Shown here piece after piece: positions 37,242 to 47,383 of a stretch of DNA of 64,000 bases; within the stretch, counting starts at the first letter, position 1; the number at the start of each line of letters is the position of its first letter. The notes below the pieces were generated by a model. The model saw nothing but the letters and a program-made list of their open reading frames with translations, was not told where the DNA came from and did not search any database. The translations under genes were made by a program, and so were the position numbers. This stretch comes from Anaeramoeba ignava BMAN (lineage: Eukaryota; Protista; Anaeramoebae), in contig JAPDFW010000136.1 of the NCBI GenBank assembly GCA_028826165.1, positions 1 through 64,000 of the forward strand. Direction: 5' to 3'.

Positions 37242-37699
37242 TTGAAAATCCTTAATTTGAATTTACTTAATTCAAAAAAATTGAAAAAAAAAGAATGATT
37301 TAAAAAAATGGAAGTTTTTTTTCTTCAAAAAGGTTATCAAAATTAATAAAAATTCGTTGAGAATGATTATCACGAAAAAAAATTTTTTAATTTAATTTAA
37401 TTTTTTTTTTTTTTTATTTTAATTTAATTAACGCTTTAACGGTTTTTAATTAAAAAATTTTTTTTTTTATAATTTATTTTGATCATTCAAAATATTTCTT
37501 TTTTTAAATATATTTTCTTTAATTCTCCCCTTTTTATTTTTTCTTTAAATTTTTATTTAAGTTTTTTTTTCTGTTTATTCTTATATTTATCTCAAGTAGT
37601 TTTTTCAAAAAATGAAGAGATCAAAATTAAAAAAAAAAATTTTTTTAAAACTAAAAATTAATAATTTTTTCATTTTAATTACTCATTATTATCAAAAAC

Positions 37700-39070
37700 A
37701 ATAATTCATTCCACTTTTCATTTTAATTATAAAATCAATTTATTTTAATTATAAAATTAATTTATTTTAATTATAAAATTAATTTATTTTAATTATAAAA
37801 TCAATTTATTTTAATTATAAAATCAATTTATTCTCTTTAAAAATAATTCATTCCACTTTTGATTTTAATTATAAAATTAATTTATTTTAATTATAAAATC
37901 TATTCATTCTCTTTAAAAATAATTCATTCCACTTTTTATTTTAATTATAAAATCTATTCATTTTAATTATAAAATCTATTCATTTTAATTATAAAATTAA
38001 TTTATTTTAATTATAAAATCAATTTATTTTAATTATAAAATCAATTTATTTTAAAATTATAAATTCAATTTTTATTTTAATTATAAAATCTATTTATTCT
38101 CTTTAAAAATAATTCATTCCACTTTTCATTTTAATTATAAAATCAATTTATTTTAATTATAAAATCAATTTATTTTAATTATAAAATCTATTCATTTTAA
38201 TTATAAAATCAATTTATTCTCTTTAAAAATAATTCATTCCACTTTTTATTTTAATTATAAAATCAATTTATTTTAATTATAAAATCTATTTATTTTAATT
38301 ATAAAATTAATTTATTTTAATTATAAAATTAATTTATTTTAATTATAAAATCAATTTATTCTCTTTAAAAATAATTCATTCCACTTTTTATTTTAATTAT
38401 AAAATCAATTTATTTTAATTATAAAATTAATTATAAAATCTATTTATTTTAATTATAAAATCAATTTATTTTAATTATAAAATCTAATTCATTTTAATTA
38501 TAAAATCTATTTATTCTCTTTTAAAAATAATTCATTCCACTTTTTGATTTTAATTATAAAATCAATTTATTTTAATTATAAAATCAATTTATTTCTTTTT
38601 AAAATAATTAATTCTTTTTATTTTAATTATAAAATCTATTTATTTTAATTATAAAATTAATTTATTTTAATTATAAAATCTATTTATTTTTAATTATAAA
38701 ATCAATTTATTTTAATTATAAAATCTATTCATTTTAATTATAAAATCTATTTATTTTAATTATAAAATCAATTTATTTTAATTATAAAATCAATTTATTT
38801 TAATTATAAAATCTATTCATTTTAATTATAAAATCAATTTATTTTAATTATAAAATCTAATTTATTTTAATTATAAAATCAATTTATTTTAATTTAAAAA
38901 TAATTTCATTCCACTTTTTATTTTAATTATAAAATCAATTTATTTTAATTATAAAATCAATTTATTCTCTTTAAAAATAATTTATTCCACTTTTTATTTT
39001 AATTATAAAATCAATTTATTTTAATTATAAAATCAATTTATTCTCTTTAAAAATAATTCATTCCACTTTT
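37700..39070. repeat. Compound (higher-order) tandem repeat: runs of a 22-mer TTTTAATTATAAAATCAATTTA punctuated by a 30-mer TTCTCTTTAAAAATAATTCATTCCACTTTT
   Basis: About ten punctuating units separated by variable numbers of 22-mers. Confidence 0.9.
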
Positions 39071-39243
39071 GATTTTAAATTTTAATTTTAATTTTAATTT
39101 TAATTTTAATTTTAATTTTAATTTTAATTTTAATTTTAATTTTAATTTTAATTTTAATTTTGATTTTAATTTTAATTTTAATTTTAATTTTAATTTTAAT
39201 TTTAATTTTGATTTTAATTTTGATTTTAATTTTGATTTTGATT

Positions 39244-41015
39244 TTAATTTTGATTATTAAATTTGTTAATTAATAAATCAAATAAATTTGGATTTGTTTG
39301 ATTTAATTGAAAATAATCAATTCCAATTTCAATTTCATTAATTATTTCTTGTGTAATTTCAATTTCATCTTTAATTTGATTTGAATAAATCCAATATTCA
39401 AATATTTGAAATGATTCTTCACTTAATTCACTATAATCTCTAACTTTATTAGAAGTATCTTCTGTTACAGATAAAAACATTCCTCGATATAATTCACTTC
39501 TCATCATTAATATTAACTTAGGAAATTTATATTGTTTTTCTTTTCTTTCAATTATAAAATCTTTTTCATTTTCATTTTCATTTTCATTTAAATAAATTCT
39601 TTTCATTGTTTCTTCAATTTTTTCATTGGAATTTATAATTTCTTTAATTTCTAAATATATTGGATTTATTATTCTGTTTGAATAAATCATTTCAAATATT
39701 TGATTTGATTCTTTAATTGATTTTTTTGAAATAATTTCTTGAAGTTTTTCAATTTGATTTTGATTTTGATTTAATCTATATTTCAATATTAATTTATGAG
39801 CTTTGATTATTTCTCCATTTTTGGTTTTAAATGAAATATCACAAAATTCTTTTCTTTGAAATAATTTTATCAAATCTTCTTCAAGATTAGAAAAAGGAGA
39901 AAGGAAAGGAGAATAATAAAGAAATGAATTATCATTTCCACAAAGAACATGATAATTGGAAATTTCTTCATTAAATCTTAATTTAGGAAGTTCAATTTGA
40001 ATTGGAATTGATTGATCTTTTGTATCTCCATTTCCTAATTCACCAAAATCATTACCTCCAAATCCAATTAGTTTTGATTTGGATGTTAAAATCAAAGTAT
40101 GAAAACATCCAACATAAGTTTCAAGAACATAATCATCATTTTCAAATAAAGATGATTTGATTTCAGTAAATTCATAAGTATCTTCATTTTTTTTGCCAAG
40201 TCCATTCCAATAATATCCTCCACATGAATAAAGTTTTCTTTTTGGATTTTCATTTTCATTTTCATTTTCAATCAACATTATTGAATGAGCATATCCAGAT
40301 TGAATATCAATTATTTTACCTTTTGGAATATTTTGGATTTGAGTTAATTTTTGGATTTTTCTTTCTTTTCTTGATTCTCCTAATCCAATTTTACCAGAGT
40401 AATTATCACCACATCCAAATAATTCTTGATTTTGAATTTAAAAGAAAAATATGTTCAGAAGAATTTCCTGAAAATAATTTAGAAACATTTTTCATTATTA
40501 AAATTGGTTTTTGTTTTTTTAAGTGTTTCAGAATCAAAACCAAGTTGACCATAATAATTTGAACCAATTCCATAAGCATTTTGATTTGAAGTTAATAAAT
40601 AAATTGAACTTCCTCCAGAAACAACATCTTGAATTATTCTATCATTCGTATCTTCAATTAATGATGAAATATTGATAAATTGATTTGGATTTTTTGGATT
40701 AATATTATTTCCTTTGGCAAATACATTTCCTTCTTTTGTTAAAATAGCTTCATTTCCGCGACCAACAGTTACTTTTTGAATATTTTCAATTTGGATTTTT
40801 TCAGGATTTTGATTTGAATTGAATAAATATTCTATTGCTTTTCCATTTTCAAAAAGGAAAATTGTTGAAAAATAACCTGATGAAATTTGTTTAATTTGTT
40901 TTTCATTTTCATTTTCATTTTCAAATTTAAATTGAATTGGTTTTGTTATTTTAGTTGGTTCATTTTTGATAAGAGTTGGAAATTGATTTAAACCAAAAAA
41001 TATAATTTCATTCAT
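39244..41015 (-). CDS. RCC1-repeat + BTB protein, copy 1 (two homopolymer indels near 40510 and 40430; assembly error or pseudogene)
   Basis: ORFs 41015-40479 and 40278-39244 are colinear with intact copy 2; -2 in an A run then +1 in an A run relative to paralogues. Confidence 0.85.
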
Positions 41016-41188
41016 TTTTAAAAAGAAAAAAAAATGAAAAAAATGAAAAATGATTTTTTAAATTTTTAATTTTAATTTTAATTTTAATTTTATAATTTTG
41101 ATTTAAATTTTAATTTTAATTTTAATTTTGATTTTAATTTTAATTATTAATTTTAATTTTAATTTTAATTTTAATTTTGATTTTAATT

Positions 41189-43048
41189 TTAATTTTGATT
41201 ATTAAATTTGTTAATTAATAAATTCAATAAATTTGGATTTTTTTGATTTAATTGATTGATAAATTCTTTTGTTTTTTGTTTTTGTTCTTTTTTCATTTGA
41301 TTTTGATTATTAAATTTGTTAATTAATAAATCAAATAAATTTGGATTTGTTTGATTTAATTGAAAATAATCAATTCCTGTTTCTAATTCTTCAATTATTT
41401 CTTTTGTAATTTGAATATCTTCTTTGATTTGATTTGAATAAATCCAATATTCAAATATTTGGAATGATTTATTACTTAATTCACTATAATCTGTAACTTT
41501 ATTAGAAGTATCTTCAGTTACAGATAAAAACATTCCTCGATATAATTCACTTCTCATTATTAATATTAATTTAGGAAATTTATATTGTTTTTCATTTTTT
41601 TCAATTATAAAATCTTTTTCATTTTCATTTTCATTTTCATTTAAATAAATTCTTTTCATTGTTTCTTCAATTTTTTCATTTGAATTTATAATTTCTTTAA
41701 TTTCAGAATATAATATTGGATTTATTTTAGAATTGTTTGAATAAATCATTTCAAATATTTGATTTGATTCTTTAATTGATTTATTTGAAATAATTTCTTG
41801 AAGTTTTTCAATTTGATTTTGATTTTGATCTAATCTATATTTCAATATTAATTTATGAGCTTCAATTATTTCTCCATTTTTGGTTTTAAATGAAATATCA
41901 CAAAATTCTTTTCTTCTAAATAATTTTATCAAATCTTCTTCAAGATTAGAAAAAGGATAATAATAGATAAAGGAATTGTAATATCCACAAGAAATATGAT
42001 AATTAGAAATATCTTCATTAAATCTTAATTTAGGAAGTTCAATTTGAATTGGAATTAATTGATTATTTGTATCTCCAGTTCCTAATTCACCATAATAATT
42101 CCTTCCAAATACTATTAATTTTGAATTGGATGTTAAAACCAAAGAATGCTCACTTCCAACAGAAAAGTCAATAATATAATCATTTTCAAATAAAGATGAT
42201 TTGATTTCAGTAAATTCATAAGTATTTTCATTTTTGCCAAGTCCATTTAATGGATAATCACCACATGAATAAAGTTTTCTTTTTGGATTTTCATCTTGAT
42301 TTTCATTTTCAATCAACATTATTGAATAAGCATCTTGAGATTGAATATCAATTATTTTACCTTTTGGAATATTTTGTATTTTGGTTAATTTTTGGAGTTT
42401 CTTTTTCTTATAACCTAATCCAAGTTGGCCATGTTTATTTTTACCACATTCAAATAATTCTTGATTTGAATTTAAAAGAAAAACATGATAAGAAGAATTT
42501 CCTGAAAATATTTTAGAAACATTTTTCATTATTAAAATTGGTTTTTTTGTATTTCGTGGTTTTTTGAAACCAAGTTGACCATAAAAATTTGAACCAATTC
42601 CATAAGCATTTTGATTTGAAGTTAATAAGTAAATTGAACTAGAAGAGCAAACAATATCTTCAATTATTCTATCATTTTTATCTTCAATTAATGATGAAAT
42701 ATTGATAAATTGATTTGTATTTTTTGGATTAATATTTTTTCCTTTGGCAAATACATTTCCTTCTATTGTTAAAATAGCTTCATTTTGTTCACCAACAGTT
42801 ACTTTTTGAATATTTTCTTCAATTTGTATTTTTTCAGGATTTTGATTTGAATTGAATAAATATTCTATTGCTTTTCCATTTTTAAAAAGGAAAATTGTTG
42901 AATAATAACCTGATGAAATTTGTTTAATTTGTTTTTCATTTTCATTTTCATTTTCAAATTTAAATTGAATTGGTTTTGTTATTATTTCTTGTTTATTTTT
43001 GAAAAGTTTTGGATATTGATTGTAACCAAAAAATAAAATTTCATTCAT
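41189..43048 (-). CDS. RCC1-repeat + BTB protein, copy 2 (intact, 619 aa)
   Basis: GSNFYGQLG, GKNKHGQLGLG, GRNYYGELGTG blades; BTB-like FCDISFKTKNGEIIEAHKLIL and KDFII..FPKLILIMRSELYRGMF..WIYSN. Confidence 0.92.
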   Translation of the reverse strand: MNEILFFGYNQYPKLFKNKQEIITKPIQFKFENENENEKQIKQISSGYYSTIFLFKNGKAIEYLFNSNQNPEKIQIEENIQKVTVGEQNEAILTIEGNVFAKGKNINPKNTNQFINISSLIEDKNDRIIEDIVCSSSSIYLLTSNQNAYGIGSNFYGQLGFKKPRNTKKPILIMKNVSKIFSGNSSYHVFLLNSNQELFECGKNKHGQLGLGYKKKKLQKLTKIQNIPKGKIIDIQSQDAYSIMLIENENQDENPKRKLYSCGDYPLNGLGKNENTYEFTEIKSSLFENDYIIDFSVGSEHSLVLTSNSKLIVFGRNYYGELGTGDTNNQLIPIQIELPKLRFNEDISNYHISCGYYNSFIYYYPFSNLEEDLIKLFRRKEFCDISFKTKNGEIIEAHKLILKYRLDQNQNQIEKLQEIISNKSIKESNQIFEMIYSNNSKINPILYSEIKEIINSNEKIEETMKRIYLNENENENEKDFIIEKNEKQYKFPKLILIMRSELYRGMFLSVTEDTSNKVTDYSELSNKSFQIFEYWIYSNQIKEDIQITKEIIEELETGIDYFQLNQTNPNLFDLLINKFNNQNQMKKEQKQKTKEFINQLNQKNPNLLNLLINKFNNQN

Positions 43049-43493
43049 TTTTAAAAAGAAAAAAATGAAAAAAATAAATTTTTAATTTTTAATTTTAATT
43101 TTAATTTTAATTTTAATTTTAATTTTAATTTTAATTTTAATTTTAATTTTAATTTTAATTTTAATTTTTATTTTTAAATTTAATTTTGATTTTAATTTTA
43201 ATTTTAATTTTAATTTTAATTTTAATATTAATTTTAATTTTAATTTTAATTTTAATTTTAATTTTAATTTTGATTTTGATTTTGATTTTATTTTTAATTT
43301 TGATTTTGATTTTGATTTTGATTTTAATTTTAATTTTGATTTTAATTTTGATTTTAATTTTAATTTTAATTTTAATTTTAATTTTAATTTTAATTTTAAT
43401 TTTAATTTTTAATTTTAATTTTAATTTTAATTTTAATTTTAATTTTAATTTTGATTTTGATTTTAATTAAAATTTTAATTTTTAATTTTAATT

Positions 43494-45288
43494 TTAATTA
43501 TAAAGAATGTCTAATTTTTCTCTTATTGATTGGTTTTTAAATTTCTTAATTAATAAATCAAATAAATTTGGATTTGTTTGATTTAATTGAAAATAATCAA
43601 TTCCTGTTTCAATTTCATTAATGATTTCTTGTGTAATTTGAATATCTTCTTTGATTTGATTTGAATAAATCCAATATTCAAATATTTGAAATGATTCTTC
43701 ACTTAATTCACTATAATCTGTAACTTTATTTGAAGTATCTTCAGTTACAGATAAAAACATTCCTCGATATAATTCACTTCTCATCATTAATATTAACTTA
43801 GGAAATTTATATTGTTTTTCTTTTCTTTCAATTATAAAATCTTTTTCATTTTCATTTTCATTTTCATTTAAATAAATTCTTTTCATTGTTTCTTCAATTT
43901 TTTCATTTGAATTTATAATTTCTTTAATTTCAGAATATAATTTTGGATTTATTATTCTGTTTGAATAAATCATTTCAAATATTTGATTTGATTCTTTAAT
44001 TGATTTTTTTAAAATAATTTCTTTAAGTTTTTCAATTTGATTTTGATTTTGTTTTAATCTATATTTTCAATATTAATTTATGAGATGAGATTATTTCTCC
44101 ATTTTTGGTTTTAAATGAAATATCACAAAATTCTTTTCTTTGAAATAATTTTATCAAATCTTCTTCAAGATTAGAAAAAGGATAATAATAGATAAAGGAA
44201 TTGTAATATCCACAAGAGATATGATAATTGAAAATATCTTCATTAAATCTTAATTTAGGAAGTTCAATTTGAATTGGAATTAATTGATTATTTGTATCTC
44301 CAATTCCTAATTGACAATTATAATTATCTCCAAATCCTATTAATTTTGATTTGGATGTTAAAATCAAAGTATGATACCTTCCAACAGAAAAATCAAGAAT
44401 ATCATCATTTTCAAATAAAGATGATTTGATTTCAGTAAATTCTTTTGTATCTTGATCAAGTCCATTAAATCTATAATTTCCACATGAATAAAGTTTTCTT
44501 TTTGGATTTTGATTTTCATTTTCAATCAACATTATTGAATGATAATATCCAGTTTGAATATCAATTATTTTGCCTTTTGGAATATTTTGGATTTTGGTTA
44601 ATTTTTGGATTTTTCTTTCTGTTATTGATTTTCCTAATCCAATTTGACCATAGTAATTATCACCGCATCCAAATAATTCTTGATTTGAATTTAAAAGAAA
44701 AGCAGAAGTTGAATCAATTCCTGAAAATATTTTAGAAACATTTTTCATCATTAAAATTGGTTTTTTTGTTTTTTTAAGTGTTTCAGAATCAAAACCAAGT
44801 TGACCTAACTCATTTGAACCAATTCCATAAGCATTTTGATTTGAAGTTAATAAGTAAATTGAAAATCTTCCAGAAACAATATCTTCAATTATTCTATCAT
44901 TTGTATCTTCAATTAATGATGAAATATTGATAAATTCACTTTCATTTCCTGGATTAATATTTTCTCCTTTGGCAAATACATTTCCTTCTATTGTTAAAAT
45001 AGCTTCATTTCGAAAACCAACAGTTACTTTTTGAATATTTTCAATTTGAATTTTTACAGGATTTTTAATTGAGTATTTTAAGTATTTAATTGCTTTTCCA
45101 TTTTCAAAAAGGAAAATTGTTGAAAATCTTCCTGATGAAATTTGTTTAATTTGCTTTTCTTTTTCATTTTCTTTTTCATTTTCTTTTTCATTTTTAAATT
45201 TAAATTGAATTGGTTTTATTATTTTTAATGGTTTATTTTTGATAAGTTTTGGATCTTTATTTAAACCAAAAAATATAATTTCATTCAT
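43494..45288 (-). CDS. RCC1-repeat + BTB protein, copy 3 (ATG 45288; +1 homopolymer indel near 44065)
   Basis: MNEIIFFG start shared with paralogues; an extra A in TTGAAAATATAGA splits ORFs 44059-45525 and 43494-43973. Confidence 0.85.
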
Positions 45289-45339
45289 TTTTAAAAATGA
45301 AAAAAATGAAAAATAATTTTTAATTTTAATTTTAATTTT

Positions 45340-45552
45340 GTTTTTAATTTCAATTTCATCAATAATTTCTTGTGTAATTTCAATTTCTTCTTTAATTTGA
45401 TTTAAATAAATCCAATATTCAAATATTTGAAATGATTTATTACTTAATTCACTATAATCTGTAACTTTATTAGAAGTATCTTCTGTTACAGATAAAAACA
45501 TTCCTCGATATAATTCACTTCTCATTATTAATATTAATTTTGGAAATTTTAT
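45340..45552 (-). pseudogene. Isolated internal fragment of the C-terminal BTB region of an RCC1-BTB copy
   Basis: KFPKLILIMRSELYRGMFLSVTEDTSNKVTDYSELSNKSFQIFEYWIYLNQIKEEIEITQEIIDEIEI, nearly identical to paralogues but truncated on both sides. Confidence 0.85.
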
Positions 45553-45829
45553 TCAAGATTTAATATTAGTTGAGATTATCTGGAAAATGATCAAGAAAAG
45601 AAATTATTTAAAAATTCAAAAAGTTTGAATTGTAATCAAATTTCCCGATTTTCATCAAATTAAATTTTAAACTCATTTCATAATTAATTTATTATTTAAA
45701 ATTATTAAAAAAAAAGATAACTTAAAAAAAAGAGAAATTATTTCATTTTTTGTTTTTTTGTTTTTTTTTGTTTGTTTGGATTATTTTTTTTTCATTTTTT
45801 CATTTCCAAGTTTTGATCTTATTATTTCG

Positions 45830-47263
45830 ATGAGATTTTTTTCAGCATTTAATCCAATTAGAAATATTAAATCAATATTCACAAGACCTACAAGAAATCA
45901 TATTCAAGCATTTGATGGGATTAGAGCACTTTCTTCTTATTGGATTCTCGCATATCACATAATCATTGCTTTATTTTTCATCAGCGAACATGGACACGTA
46001 CAAAAAATTCTTCCTAATCCAATTCTAAGAGTGATTTTTATGGGAGATTCTGCAGTTGATATTTTTTTTATTGTTTCTGGTTTTTTGGTTTATTCAAGAT
46101 TTCTTTCTGAATTAAAGGGGAATAGCATTCAAAATTTGAATTTAACAATAAGATTGAAATATTTTGCCAATTTTCTAATTCGAAGATTTTTTCGACTTTA
46201 TCCTTTGATATATTTTTTTATTTTACTGAAAATCCTTGAATTGGTTTCTGTTAATAATCTTAAATCAGGAATTCCTCAAATTTTGATCACAATCTTTTTT
46301 CTGAATGATATGATACCAGCAAACGAATATACACCTGTTCCTCATTCTTGGTCTGTTGCAACTGAAATGAAAACATATGTTATTCTTCTTTACATTAAGA
46401 ATCGAATGATGAAAACAGGAAAAGATTCCACAAAATTATTGATAAAGATATTTGTGATTGCTTTCATCGTCTATTTAACTGGTGCGATTTTTGCACCAAA
46501 TTTCTATAAACATCCATTCTATACTGAGGTTTGGAGGGAAGATTCTTGCACACTTTTCCGTTTCGATCCAGAAACAAAAAATTTTGTTTTGAGTGATCCA
46601 GAGCCTCATCTTCGAGATAATTTGAGATGGCTGCTTTTATATTTTGGATTCCATTCAAGATTCCCATTGATTCTTATTGGATGTTTTGCTGCTTTAATTC
46701 AATACAGAACATCTTTTCCTGAAAAATGTCAGAAATCCAAATCATTTAGATTAATAACTCTTTTAATTGGATTGATTTTATTTTCATCTTTGTTTATCCT
46801 CAGGCATACTAATTATATGTTAAATCTTCAAATCGAAAATATTTCAATTATTCAACAAATTATCATTCGATTTTTTTCTTTGAACAGAATTATCAATTCA
46901 ATCGGCGCTTCTTTATTAATTTTACTTATTATCAACAAAGCAGGAATTTTTGGGAAATTTGTCAATTACTTTCTTTCTTTAAAAATTTGGGTTCCTTTCT
47001 CAAATCTCTCTTATTCTTTATATTTGACTCAATTAGTCCCCATTTTTCTTTTGGAAATGGATTTCATCAAAAAATTTGGATTTGATTGGATTGATATTAC
47101 AAGTTGCTTTGTTTTGTTGATAAAAACTACCTTAATTACTTATCCTATTGCTATAATTATATTTTTATTGATTGAAAAACCAATGATAAATTTATCACCA
47201 GAAAGATTTAAATTCGATCAATTAATTTCAGAAAAAGAAAAAGAGAAAAAGAAAGAAGATTAA
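45830..47263 (+). CDS. Acyltransferase family 3 (OafA/OatA-like) polytopic membrane O-acyltransferase
   Basis: ATG 45830 (MRFFS); FDGIRALS..AYH, AVDIFFIVSGFL, RRFFRLYP, HSWSVATE, LSYSLYL, LIEKP; multiple hydrophobic segments; intronless. Confidence 0.9.
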   Translation: MRFFSAFNPIRNIKSIFTRPTRNHIQAFDGIRALSSYWILAYHIIIALFFISEHGHVQKILPNPILRVIFMGDSAVDIFFIVSGFLVYSRFLSELKGNSIQNLNLTIRLKYFANFLIRRFFRLYPLIYFFILLKILELVSVNNLKSGIPQILITIFFLNDMIPANEYTPVPHSWSVATEMKTYVILLYIKNRMMKTGKDSTKLLIKIFVIAFIVYLTGAIFAPNFYKHPFYTEVWREDSCTLFRFDPETKNFVLSDPEPHLRDNLRWLLLYFGFHSRFPLILIGCFAALIQYRTSFPEKCQKSKSFRLITLLIGLILFSSLFILRHTNYMLNLQIENISIIQQIIIRFFSLNRIINSIGASLLILLIINKAGIFGKFVNYFLSLKIWVPFSNLSYSLYLTQLVPIFLLEMDFIKKFGFDWIDITSCFVLLIKTTLITYPIAIIIFLLIEKPMINLSPERFKFDQLISEKEKEKKKED

Positions 47264-47383
47264 TTTGATTTGAAGTTTTTTACAAGAAAAACAAAAAATA
47301 AATCAATCATCAAATTTCCTTTTTTTTATCCAATTTTAATTTTAATTTTAATTTTAATTTTAATTTTGATTTTTATTTTAATT

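Noticed and set aside
37700-39070. CRISPR-like repeat and spacer appearance
   Set aside because: The intervening segments are themselves repeats, not unique spacers; no cas genes; eukaryotic context.
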